A stretch of 64,000 bases of DNA from the NCBI RefSeq assembly GCF_006345805.1, contig NC_042997.1, positions 178,126,001 through 178,190,000 on the forward strand, in the 5' to 3' direction. Under the pieces are notes generated by a model. It saw only the letters and a program-made list of their open reading frames with translations. It made no database searches and was not told where the DNA came from. The stretch comes from Octopus sinensis. Lineage: Eukaryota. Of the stretch, positions 12,009-24,802 are shown one piece after another (position 1 is the first letter of the stretch; each line of letters opens with the position of its first letter). The translations under genes were made by a program, and so were the position numbers.

Positions 12009-13065
12009 GAGTGATGAAACACACATTAAGAAGTTCGATCAGCCTCAACTGACTCCAGTTCTCAGCCAGTTTTTGTTAATGTTAAAGAGACTTTTGAATC
12101 ATCTGTGCACCAAACAGTCATTTCACCGATTGACATTTGATTGAACTAATATCTGATCAATGGATGAACAACAGAACGGACACATAGACATTTATCCGAA
12201 TGGGTCTATGGTTCAACTGGCTTTCGCCCAACAAGTGAAACACCGAGTAGACAACTGGCAAATTTATTGGTTCTTTTAATACATATATAAAATATGCATG
12301 CAATAAATCTATTTGAATCTCTTTTGATTTTAATGTCATTCTCATTAATATATTGTTAATAGCAAAAAACAACCACATTATTTGGAAACAATTTGTATTA
12401 ATTTGCCCAATTTCGCTTTAACTAGTGGCTGGTTCCTTATTTGAACTTTTTAGGCTTGCCAAAACCAAACCAACATCAACCAGTTTGCCAAGACCCTGAT
12501 GGGGATGCTATTTAGAAGCAAGTTTTTGCTTCTTTGAAGATCATGGAATTTATGCCAACATGAGGAAGGAGGAAGCTTTTACTTGATGGTTAGATTTACA
12601 TCATTGATAAACAAAGAGCAATGTAACAAATTGAGTACAAAAGAAGTTATGGAAAACTAGGTGACTAAAAGCAAGTAAAAAAGCTAAAAGCATCATGAAG
12701 GCACGTGGCTTAGTGGTTAGCATACTTGGCTCACAGTCATAAGGTCATGAGTTCAATTTCCAGCTGCTCATTGTGTCCTTGAGAAAGGCACATTATTCCA
12801 TGTTGCTCTAGTCTACTCAGCTGGTAAAAATGAGTTGCACCTGTAATTCAAAGGGCCAGCCTTGTCACATCCTATGTCATGCCGAATCTCCCTGGGAACT
12901 ACATTAGGGGTACATGTGTCTGTGGAGTGCTCAGCCACTTGTACATTAATTTCACCAGTCAGCTGCTCCATTGATCAGAGTAACTGGAACCCTAGCTGTT
13001 GTAACTGACCGAGTATCAATCTAATATGTGAGTGAAGCCAGTTAAAATTTGATCTTTAGAACAGT

Positions 13066-13361
13066 CTCTTCGCCCTTTTCAAGCCTAGCCAGGCTCATGG
13101 GCCCGGTTTCCTGGTTTCTATGGCGTATGTGTTCCCCCAGCTGGATAGGACGCTAGTCCATCGCAGTGTTACTCAAGAAACAGGAAGAAAGAGTGAGAGA
13201 GAAAGAGTACAACAGGGATCGCCACCAACCCCTGCCGGAGCTTCGTGGAGCTTTGGGAGTTTTCACTCAATAAACACACACAACGCCCGGTCTGGGAATC
13301 GAAACCGCAATCCTCCGACTGCGAGTCCGCTGCCCTAATCACTGAGCCATTGCGCCTCCAC
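13066..13361 (-). mobile_element. Young tRNA-derived SINE (family D) with 13-bp TSD
   Basis: Head GTGGAGGCGCAATGGCTCAGTGATTAG...GGTTTCGATTCCC; TSD TCTTTAGAACAGT at 13053-13065 and 13362-13374; CpGs retained. Confidence 0.88.
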
Positions 13362-13679
13362 TCTTTAGAACAGTACAGAAAATTTAAAAGAAAGATCCAG
13401 TCAGGGGCAGTGACATCAATTATTATATAAAACTGCTCTAGTGAGAACCCATTTAAGTGTAGGTGTTCTTCTTAGAAACTTCTACAAGGATGGTGCACAG
13501 ATAATACACATCACTAGCTGAGGGTTTTAACCGACATCAGTTTGTCATCCATTAAAACGACAACCTGCTAATTCTATAAAATATCTTACAACTTCTTCCT
13601 CTCACTGATCACTAGATGTATGACTGGATTTTTGATTCTTATTAAGCTTTTATTTATATATGTATAATGTATATGTGAC

Positions 13680-14087
13680 CCGCTGTTCTTGAGGAGACCT
13701 ATTGAGTCAAGTATGTCAACACCAACATCAAAATAAAAATCAAATGGAAATTGTAGTTAAGATACCCGTGCCGGTGAAATGTAAAAAGCACCGTCTGAAC
13801 ATAGCTGATGCCAGGGCTGACTGACTGGCGTCCGTGTCAGTGACATGCAAAAAGCACCAACCGATCGTGGCCGTTTGCCATCCTCCTCTGGCCCCTGTGC
13901 CGGTGGCATGTAAAAAACACTCACTACACTCACGGAGTGGTTGGCGTTAGGAAGGGCATCCAGTTGCAGAGACACTGCCGGATCAGCCTGGAGCCTGGCG
14001 CAGCCTCCTGCCTTCCCAGACACCGGTCGAACCATCCAACCCATGCTAGCATGGAAAACGGACGTTAAGCGATGATGATGATGATGA
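13680..14087 (+). mobile_element. RTE 3' tail copy
   Basis: Same family as 2090-2618; (GAT)n tail. Confidence 0.8.
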
Positions 14088-14459
14088 ATGTGTGTTATAC
14101 TGGATGGGAACCATACAATTCCCTTTGTATACTGTATCATAAGGAGCAAAAACTAAATAACATATCACTTCATTTTTAGCACACTTGAGCAAAAGATTAC
14201 TGTTTGTAATCCTGTTTTGGTCACCACTGGCAATGGAAAAGCAGCTTTTAATAGCATCATAGTATGTTTCCTAAACAGCAAATGTTTATGGATGATTTTT
14301 TTCATTTCAGGCAGTGATTGAAGGGGTCAAATATAGGGTTTTAGGCTACAGATTTGGTATAAAGCTCCAAGAAATACATACATTATCATTTTGATCAGGC
14401 TTTAGTATTTTTGTCAATCATTGACATCGCTGAATTAGTCTTACGAGGGCATTGATGAG

Positions 14460-14775
14460 CATGATGCATGCATGCCCACATACATACATGCATGCATACA
14501 CACACATACATACATACAACCGCACACACATACATACATGCATGCATACATACATGCATACATACATACACACACATACATACATACAAACGCACACACA
14601 CACATACATACATACATACATACACATACATACAAACGCACACACATACATACATGCATAATACATACATACATACATACATACAAACAAACGTACACAT
14701 ATACATACATACATACATACATACATACATACATACATACATACATACACATACATACAAACGCGCACACATACA
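14460..14775. repeat. (CATA/CA)n microsatellite
   Basis: Directly visible; source of the spurious MYVC/HTYI ORFs. Confidence 0.95.
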
Positions 14776-16861
14776 TGATGGCTGCTCCCTCATTATCGAG
14801 TATGGCCATTGCACGAAGCTCAACTGTTATTGGTGCTGTGATCGAATGTGACTTTTATTTGCTTTTTAAGGCTACAGCCAGCCATTCAGTTGAGACTCAC
14901 AGCACTATCAACAATCATGAACAATGTTATCAAGCAATGCCTGTGCAAGAAGACTTTTTTTTAAAGTGAGGAAAGGCTGTGCACTGAGTCAACCCCACTC
15001 ACTAAGCAACAGCAGCCATAATCCGAAAAGAAGAACAAGTCAACATCATCGGTAACCACTGAGCCGCAGGTTTTATGTTGGAGTTATCCCAGTTACCTGA
15101 GTTACCTTCTAGAAGGATGCCCTAACAAAGGCTAGGAGTCCTTCACTCCCAATGGTTTAACTGCGCGATCGGGTATTCAGTCCGATTATTTCTATGTCCC
15201 CGCACATGATACAGCCTTAAGCCATAAGAAAAAAAAACAAAAATTACACTTTTATTGGATGGCCGTTGACTCTCAAGAGTTCCTCTGCCCTCTGATGGGT
15301 TTTGTTGTTCGTCCCACAGGGTGTCCAATAAACACCCTCCTCACCAAGCAAGCTTGGTGGTGTTGCTGGTTTAGTCGCTGACGGGCCGACCATGCAACAG
15401 GTTGTAGTGGGTTACATGTTACCAGTAGCACTCGAAAGTGACCTGACACATACATACATACAGATACCAATCTTGAGAAATTAGGCTTCTCAAAACCAGA
15501 AAGGAGAAATTTGAGAGAAAGGTCTTGTTGATTCTGTGAATCCTTGTGCTTGATTGGTACCTATTTTCTTATTGTATTGATCTTGAAAGAATGAAAGATA
15601 AATTGGACCTTGGTGGAAATTCTAACTCGGAGCGTATAGCTGGAAGAAATACCACTAAGCAGTTTGTCTGGCCTGCTAACAATTCTGCCAGCCCACCACC
15701 TCCAAATGGAACAGTAATAATGGCAAGATTTTGTGAAATTGAAACTGTATTTCACCAAATAATTTTGGAAGAAAAAATTATATTCTTTATAATTTAAGTT
15801 GTTCTTGCTTTAGAAACAAAACTGGCCCGGGTAGTAGTTAAAATATCAATTTCTAACACAAGTACTACACCTGAAAATTTGAAAGAAAGCTTAATCATTT
15901 AAAAAAAAAAATTTATTGAACTGTCTGAACTTAGAACACGAAGGGAGATAACTAAATACTGCAATTCATTTTGCTCAATACTGATCGATTCTGCCAATCT
16001 ACCAGACTTAAGTTAAAATATAATCAGAAACAAGATAATGGTGAAAGAACTAAATCAATACATCTCATACTTTCTTTTCTTTTGTATCCATTTCATGCAA
16101 GCTTAGAGAAGATGCTTTTTGTTGCCCAATTAGATGCTCTTTTTGTCAGTGACATCTATAAATTGGAAAGTAGGAGTGGAAGATGTTGTTTGTTAGACAA
16201 ACTGAAGCAAGCAGACTTATGTGTTTTATCTAGGTATGCAATACAATGGCCCTAGTTTCAATGTTTGATCTCATGACTCACAGTCTTTGGCCTTTAGAAA
16301 ATTAATAAAGAAAATTCATAAACATGGAGTTTCTATGTGGCTGCTCAACCTGCTAGAAATACCAGCCCAGCCCAGCCTAAATTTCTTCATATCACACTCT
16401 TCTGATAAATTGAGTTAATCACTCATTTTCTCTTTAGTGAAACCCTAGGACTCACAAAGTCAGAGTATTCATGCTTTATAAATGACTGAGGTTAAAACAC
16501 TCACCCTTGAATGGGATGCTAGTCCATCACAGGGTTAACTTTCCCGCTGTTACTAGAACTCATACATTACTGAGTTGACTGGAGCAGCATGAAGTGTTTA
16601 GCTTGAGAACACAATCCATCACCTGGACTGGGAATCCAAACCGTAACCGTAAGATCACAAAGGTGACATCCTAACCTCTAGGCTATGCTGTTTCACAAAT
16701 ACTACTTTACATAGGTTTTGAAGAACAAGAGAGAGGAGACAAAGAATTTGACATGCAAATGGAATGGATACATTATTTATATCTTTCTCACTTATTCTTA
16801 AAATCCTTCGTGAAGGAGTAGTTAATATGAAATATCAGAAAATCAGGATTGTCTGCTTTAA

Positions 16862-17169
16862 CCCCTTACCCGGCAGAAACGAATATATGCGTTTTGACCG
16901 AAATCGTTTTTTTCTATCTCTGGCGAGTTAACTCGTCAAAAGATAGACTCGCCAAAATCGACAGCAAACGAGTTCCTTCGTCTAAAAACGGGTTAACTTG
17001 TTTCTGCCCAAAGCGGTAATTTAAAATCAATATTATTGAATTAAAATTCATAATAAATAAGGTTTGAAATATACCTCGAAATCACCATTCAAAACATAGT
17101 AAAATAAAACAATTAAAAAATATGTCTGAAAAAATACATTTATTTTCAAAATAATTGTTGGGTAAGGGG
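16862..17169. mobile_element. piggyBac-type MITE, 308 bp
   Basis: TTAA at 16858-16861 and 17170-17173; TIR CCCCTTACCC/GGGTAAGGGG; CpG-rich interior. Confidence 0.85.
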
Positions 17170-17629
17170 TTAAGAAAGAATTGGAAAGGAGATGTTATAT
17201 AAAGTAATAAAAATAACTATACCTGAAGTCATATAAAGTAATAAAGATATTACTTTATTATAAAGATATAGTAATAAAGATAATAAAGTAATACAGTAAT
17301 AAGATAAAGTAATAAAGATAATAAAGATGATAAAGTATATAAAGTAATAAAGATAACTATACCTGAAAAAAAAAGAAGAAGAAAATGAAAATGGGATGGT
17401 CATAGCTGGAAAACTTTTGATGATAGCTCAGCTTGATCAGGGTTGAACAACAACAACAACAACAACAACAGCCACTACCGCCACTGAGGCCATCGCCACC
17501 ACCACCTCCTGAATACTGGGGGGGGGGTATAATTAACTTAGCCCCTACCCCAAAACTGCTGGCCTACTGCCAAAATTTGAAACCAGTATTATACAAAGTT
17601 AGTCTTGTAGATTTGCTTTTCTTTTTAGG

Positions 17630-18225
17630 ATAGTATCTTTTACATGTTTCAGCTATTGGACTGTGGCCATGCTGGGATATTGCCTTGAAAGGTTTTTACT
17701 TGAATGAATCAATCCCCAGTACTTTTTTTTATGAAGCCTGGTACTTATTCTATCAGTGTCTTTTTGCTGAACCACCAAGTTATAGTGATGTAAACAAACC
17801 AACATTGGTTGTCATTTGGTTGTAGGAGATAAACATAAACATAAAGACACACACACACACATGCTGGGCTTCCCTCAGTTTCTTATTTCTTTATTGCCCA
17901 CAAGAGGCTAAACATAGAGGGGACAAACAAGGACAGACAAAGGGATTAAGTCGATTACATCAATCCCAGTGCATAACTGGTACTTATTTAATCGACCCCG
18001 AAAGGATGAAAGGCTAAGTCGACCTCAGTGGAATTTTGAACTCAGAACGTAGCAGCAGATGAAATACCGCTAAGCATTTCGCCCATCTACCAAATTCACT
18101 CACAAGGCTTTATTTGGCTGGAGGTTATAGTAGAAGATATTTATACAAGGTGCTACACAATGGAACTGAACTTGAAATCATATGGTCAGGATGAAAACTT
18201 CTTATCACACAGCCATGCCTGCGGT
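17630..18225 (-). mobile_element. SINE-A interrupted by a 5'-truncated SINE-C (about 17882-18085)
   Basis: SINE-A sequence stops at CAGTTTC and resumes at CATCTACCAAATTCACTCAC. Confidence 0.75.
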
Positions 18226-18416
18226 ATGATGTGGTCTAAAGAAAATTTGGTTGCTATTTGTAGCAATTTGGGTGACCACATACAGACTCTCTTGTTAGCT
18301 TGTGTTATATTTGGTTTGGGATAGAGATGGCATTTAATCTCTTATGTAACAAAAATGTGATTGTTTGGGAATAATTTTCCACTTTATTTTATTCCTTTAT
18401 ATATATGTATATATAT

Positions 18417-18462
<46 letters not shown>

Positions 18463-18625
18463 CAACAATTGAGGGTAAAATTAATTAATTATTAATCAAT
18501 TTCACCAATTTCACCAATTTCACCCTTTATATATATATATATATTAAAAAATGGTAAACATTAATCTTTCTTGTAGAGAGATGCTTTCATGCATTTCAAT
18601 TAATTTTCAAAAATAATCTAGAAAT

Positions 18626-18961
18626 TACAGAGATGTATTTGCATAGCAAGTGACCTGATCTAAGATCATGTGCTAGAGCGAAAACAATTGCAGTGTGGAA
18701 GGTGTTTATAAGTCATTTAAGAAACACACAAAATCCGTTCGATTCACTTCAACATTTAAATTTAATTTGTCAAAATATTTTCGCAACTTTGCTGCCTGTT
18801 TACTGACAAAATTCCATGCTGCAGCACAGAATTTTGTCAGTGAACAGGTCACAGTCTCAAGCTATGAAAATATTTTGACAAATTAAATTTAAATGTTGAA
18901 GTGAATCTAACGGTTTTTGTGTATTTCTTAAATGGCTTATAAACACCTTCCACACTGCAAT
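18626..18961. repeat. Repeat element plus its inverted duplicate (palindrome, axis CTGCAG at about 18821); each arm has a G3-C8 hammerhead-like motif
   Basis: 18687-18821 pairs with 18822-18961; single-arm copy at 28674-28874. Confidence 0.9.
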
Positions 18962-19046
18962 CTAGAAATCGTTTGGAATGTAACAAAGGAATGGTCATCA
19001 GTAAAATTACGATAGAAGGCCTTAACTTAAATGACGATAATGATGG

Positions 19047-19082
<36 letters not shown>

Positions 19083-19651
19083 GAAGGAGGAGGAGGAAGA
19101 TGAGAACGACAATCGCAATGATGATGATCAGTGCCACCACCACCATCACCACCACCACCACCACCACCTAGAAATGGGTGAGAGTTGGTGACAAGAAGGC
19201 CATCTGACCATAGAAAATTCGCTGCTTCAACAGCTTCTGTCCAAGCCATGTGAGCATGGAAAAGTGGGTACTAAAATGATGACGACGATGATGGTATACA
19301 TAAAGGCTTAGATCTTCATTCTTTTCAAATTAGCAGAAATATGAGGTTGTGACATTGATGCCTTTCCCAAGGATATTGGTCATGAAAGCAAAACAGTCAC
19401 CATCTAGGAATTGTGGTTAGTGCATAATTCAACCATCACACATAGCTGTCTTATCTTATACAGAATGTCATGTAACACTACACACACACACACACACATA
19501 TATTTTAACAAAACTGTCCGACAAACGGGAACATGAAACTCTGAGTAACACCTTTTGATATATTTCTGGTGTTTTATATAAAGCATATTACTCCACCTCT
19601 GGTATTTGAGTACTTTTTTTCCACCTTGTTTCACATTTACATGCTTACTCT

Positions 19652-19697
<46 letters not shown>

Positions 19698-20095
19698 ATA
19701 TATATATAATTATTGTGGTATCTTGTTTCATGATGTCAGGCTTCAAGTTCGAACATAACAGTATAAGATGACTGGATGTGGCTGTTTTGGCAGTGACAAT
19801 TTAGCATGGTGACAGTATGTTTTGGCACTGGAGGCAAACCCATACATACACAACATACACACATACACACACACACACACCACACACACATGCAGAAATA
19901 TACACATACAGTTGAAGAAGAGAGAAGAGAGAAATGGAGAGGGAAAGAGAGAGAGAAAGAGAGAGCAGAAGAGAAAGAGAAAGAGAAATAACATGAGAGA
20001 AAGAGAGGGAAAGAATAAGAGAAACATTAAAACATTTGGTGTCAACTAAGTCAGCATTGAATCAGTGATGGCAAATAGGCAGTGCCAAAATGGCA

Positions 20096-20229
20096 GGCGC
20101 AGGAGTGGCTCTGGGTTCAGTCCCACTGTATGGCACCTTGGGCAAGTGTCTTCTACTATAGCCTCAGGCTGACCAAAGTCTTGTGAGTGGATTTGGTAGA
20201 CGGAAACTAAAAGAAGCCCGTTGTATATA

Positions 20230-20313
<84 letters not shown>

Positions 20314-20955
20314 TATATATAGATAAGAAAGTTTGTTTGGTAAAGCACGTGGGTGAATATATAAGAAAATAGTAAAGAGTGAAAAAACGACAGAAGGCTT
20401 AAATGTTAAAAAATATATATATTTGCGTCAAAATGTCTGGAGAATATTGGAAAAATTTTTTTTTCCTTTCCTTAAAATGACATAATTTTATACTTTTTAA
20501 AGAAATACCGGTTTGAAGAGCTAACTGCGAAACCGGTATTTCTTAAAAAGTATAAAATTATGTCATTTTAAGGAAAGGAAAAAAAATTTTTCCAATATTC
20601 TCCAGACATTTTGACGCAAATATATATATTTTTTAACATTTAAGCCTTCTGTCGTTTTTTCACTCTTTACTATTTTCTTATATATATATATATATATAAT
20701 ATATATATAATATATATATGTATGTATGTATGTGTGTGTATATGTTTGTGTGTCTGTGTTTGTCCCTCCAGTATCACTTGACAACCGATGCTGGTGTGTT
20801 TACATCCTTGTAACTTAGTGGTTTGGCAAAAGAGATCGATAGAATAAGTACTAGGCTTACAAAGAATAAGACCTGGGGTCAATTTGCTCGACTAAAGGCA
20901 GTGCTCCAGCATGGCCGCAGTCAAATGACTGAAACGAGTAAAAGAGTAAAAGAGT
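20096..20955 (+). mobile_element. SINE-A split in its (TA)n tract by a palindromic insertion
   Basis: Head at 20096-20230, body and tail resume at about 20740. Confidence 0.8.
20357..20685. repeat. Near-perfect palindrome, about 157-bp arms, 15-nt spacer holding a hammerhead core
   Basis: 20357-20514 versus 20530-20685, differing essentially by homopolymer length; centre TTGAAGA-GC-TAACT-GC-GAAA-CCGG-TA. Confidence 0.95.
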
Positions 20956-21449
20956 GCCAAAATGACTCATGCCCCAAATTTAGATTAACCTTCATTTAGT
21001 ATCAGTTATGTACAAATGTCTATTCAAATATCACCTTAAATAAATCAAACCTTAGAAATATTACATAATCACTATCTCCACTATTTTGTGTTTCACTCTG
21101 AGAATATGATAAAAGTATGGCAATGTTAAATTCTATTTGCTGTTTTTTGTTATTTTGTTACAGTTTCTCTCCTGGGAAATAAAGAAAATCTTTGTCTATT
21201 GAGGATGTATCAAGACTGGAACAAGACTGAAGCATGTAGATATGTATAGCAGAACCATCCAACCTATGTCAGTATGGAAAAACAAGCAAGAAAATTTTAA
21301 AGATGATGATAGTGATGGTTGGTGTACAAGGCATAAATATCTTATCTTAAAAATCAAAGTGGACTGCATTATAGCTCCATTACAGGCAGTCTTACCAGTT
21401 GGTTTTGAACTGGAAATTAGGTGATCACATGACTATCTAATAATTACAA

Positions 21450-21863
21450 TCCTCCGTCGCCTTACTGGCACTTGTGCCTGTGCTAGTAGGGTGCCAAGAG
21501 CGCCATCTGAGTGTGATCATTGCCAGAGCGGCTAACTGGCTTCCGTGTTGGTGGCACGTAAAAAGCACCATTCGAGCGTGATCGTTACCAGCGTCACCTT
21601 ACTGGCACCTGTGCTGGTGGCATGTGTAAAAAGATTCGAGTGAGTTCATTGCCAGTACCACCTGAATGGCCCCTGTGCCGGTGGCACATAAAAAATAACC
21701 CACTACACTCTCAGGGTGGTTGGTGTTAGGAAGGGCATCCAGCTGTAGAAACTCTGCCAGATCAAGATTGGAGCCAGGTGCAGCCATCTGGTTCACCAGT
21801 CCTCAGTCAAAATCGTCCAACCCATGCTAGCATGGAAAGTGGACATTAAACGATGATGATGAT
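21450..21863 (+). mobile_element. RTE 3' tail copy
   Basis: Subrepeats and (GAT)n tail as in other copies. Confidence 0.8.
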
Positions 21864-22274
21864 AGATAGATAGCAGGTAGGGGAAAAATGGTGCCTGTTC
21901 TCTTAGATTTGGGATATAATATTTCACCTATACTTCTCTTGGTCTTAGTCATTTGATTGTGGCCATGCTTGAACACTGCTTCCAAAGGGTTTTCTTAATT
22001 ATATCAACATTAATACTTTATCTGCCACTTATTTTATCTACTCATGTGATTTATATCCCACAACACAAAACTTTAGGCAAGTACCTTCTATCATAGCCTT
22101 CCAGTTAACCAAAGGTGTGAGTATGAAGCATAATGGCTGTGAAATAAAGTGCAGCACTATTGATTATTACACCTGTTAATAAATTTATAGTATTTTGTTG
22201 TACTATTGAGTAAGATATCCCATTCAACTTGATCCAATTTGCATCACAAAATCACTTCTTCTAAAAACAAAATT

Positions 22275-23130
22275 GGTTCTTATCTCACTCCAAGGTTCCT
22301 GTCTCATTTCAAGGTTCCTGTCTCACTTCAAGGTTCCTGTCTCACTCCAAGGTTCCTGTATCACTCCAAGGTTCCTGTCTCACTTCAAGGTTCCTGTCTT
22401 ACTCCAAGGTTCCTGTCTCATTTCAAGGTTCCTGTCTAACTTCAAGGTTCCTGTCTCACTTCAAAGTTCCTGTCTCACTTCAAGGTTCCTGTCTCATTTC
22501 AAGGTTCCTGTCTCACTTCAAGGTTCCTGTCTCACTTCAAAGTTCCTGTCTCACTTCAAGGTTCCTGTCTCATTTCAAGGTTCCTGTCTAACTTCAAGGT
22601 TCCTGTCTCACTCCAAGGTTCCTGTCTCACTCCAAGGTTCCTGTCTCACTCCAAGGTTCCTGTCTAACTTCAAGGTTCCTGTCTCACTTCAAGGTTCCTG
22701 TCTCACTTCAAGGTTCCTGTCTCACTTCAAGGTTCCTGTCTAACTTCAAGGTTCCTGTCTAACTTCAAGGTTCCTGTCTAACTTCAAGGTTCCTGTCTCA
22801 CTTCAAGGTTCCTGTCTCACTTCAAGGTTCCTGTCTAACTTCAAGGTTCCTGTCTCATTTCAAGGTTCCTGTCTCACTTCAAGGTTCCTGTCTTACTTCA
22901 AGGTTCCTGTCTAACTTCAAGGTTCCTGTCTAACTTCAAGGTTCCTGTCTCACTTCAAGGTTCCTGTCTCACTTCAAGGTTCCTGTCTAACTTCAAGGTT
23001 CCTGTCTAACTTCAAGGTTCCTGTCTCACTTCACGGTTCCTGTCTCACTTCAAGGTTCCTGTCTAACTTCAAGGTTCCTGCCTCACTTCAAGGTTCCTGT
23101 CTAACTTCAAGGTTCCTGTCTAACTTCAAG
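22275..23130. repeat. 19-bp minisatellite, consensus CTTCAAGGTTCCTGTCTCA, about 45 units
   Basis: Head-to-tail units with no spacers. Confidence 0.97.
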
Positions 23131-23689
23131 AACAGTTATAGTAGAATGTACAGCCAATTATAAATACAATTATAAATCCACCTACGCAGGATGGGATGGC
23201 CAGAGCAATGGAAATATGGAAGTAAGAATGTAAAAGTATAAAATAAAGCAAAAATAGAAGCAGGTAATGTTTACATTTTATTTGATAAAAATATAACAAC
23301 AAAATCAAACATCGAATAATAATTATATTAAGATTCATCCTTAAAACTGTAAATTTCTGGAATTCCAACAACTGAAGTTTAACTTGATTAAATTCACTCA
23401 GTGATTCATATTGTACAATCTAAGAGGGACTAAGGGTTTTTTTTTTTAGACTAATGAATAATAAGGTTTTCTTATATTAGCACAAACTTGCATATCTGAA
23501 AAGCAAAGATAGTAAATAAAATTGATCTACTTTTATCTGTACATTCTTTGTATTTATTTGATCAACTTTTGTAGTATTTGAACTCAAGATATTTGGGGAA
23601 AAAACTAGAATATTGTCTGTCATTTAGTCAAAACACTGTTTCATTCAGTCTATTGGCTTTAGTGACAAATGTATAATTAAAATATCCTT

Positions 23690-24700
23690 CAACAGGGACT
23701 TGACACGCTTGTTTCCTTAATAACACAGGCACAATCACTGCACATTTCAAGGAAGCTATATTCTATCTCACTCTCTTCAATCATGACCAACATGCAGTTA
23801 AATCCCTCAAAGTTTCTACAAACCTTAGGCTTCATAATAATGGAAATCTCTTATGCATAATAGTAAAACTGGTGTCCCAAAGACTATCTTTACTCTTTAG
23901 AGTCATAAATTACTCCAGCCCTGAATTATTGTTGATGTTTTAGAAAGCTTATGTGAAACCCACAATGGAATACTACATCCACATTTAGAATGGTGGTGGT
24001 GGTGGTGGTGGTGGTGCTGCTGCTGCTGCTGCTACAAACTAAAGCAACATAGAGTGTCTCCAAAAGAAAAGCCATCCAACTGATAGGCAAGGACTCACAC
24101 ACTAGCCTTTAACCAACAGATGTGCTGTCTCTACTACTTGCTTCTGCTGCTGCTGTTGCCTGCTCCTTAGAATCAGTACATAAAACAGCCACCCATTCAG
24201 GGCTGTCTTAGGGAACTGACTCACTGGATACTTGCCCCAAGGGTCTCATAGATTTAGGGATCCAGTTCTTATTTATGTATGTTGTGGCTTGCTGACAGTA
24301 AATAAATAATATAGGACTCATAATAATGGAAATCTCTTATGCATAATAGTAAAACCAGTGTCCCAAAGGCTATCTCTCTGTAAAGTCATAAATTACTCCA
24401 GCAATTTATGACTTGATTTGCCCTGAGACCTATAATGTTGCCAAGACGCCCAACACCCATTGAATGTTACTTCCCAGCGTTAACCTCTTTGCTCAATCCT
24501 ACCTCCTCTTGAATGTCAACTACCACCTGTCCCCTTCAACAACCAGTACTATAGACACTTGCAACAATTCAAGCTGAACATTAACTTTGAAAGCGTCACC
24601 AGTTTTGGAGTGCTTGCAAAGATCATAGACTTCTTCTTGATTAAAATCATATTAATATAATTTCTAAGCTCAAATGATCAACATAAGCACATTGTTCTGA
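23690..24700 (+). mobile_element. Old non-LTR retrotransposon RT relic (CR1/L2/Jockey-like), rearranged
   Basis: Traces of KAYVKPTMEYY, QKKAIQLIG and a PQGS motif near 24235; about 85-bp direct duplication at 23833 and 24319. Confidence 0.5.
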
Positions 24701-24802
24701 CTGACAGGAAAAAGCTACAAGTTACTAATTATAACTTTTACATAGCAATAGCAATTTTTGGAGTCAGTTGTTTTCTGAGACGAATAACTGAATGTTGATT
24801 TA

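Noticed and set aside
12160-12279. 39-aa ORF MDEQQNGHIDIYPNG... in a CpG-retaining patch
   Set aside because: Short, no splice context or recognisable motif.
15100-15455. CpG-rich segment resembling a LINE 5' UTR (minus strand)
   Set aside because: Resemblance from memory only; no linked ORF in the window.
16100-16232. Candidate plus-strand exon LEKMLFVAQLDALF...LCVLS
   Set aside because: Splice-like ends, but no recognisable homology and no compatible neighbouring exons found.
22239-22743. Repetitive ORF (FKVPVSLQGSCL)n
   Set aside because: Translation of the 19-bp minisatellite; no splice or start context.
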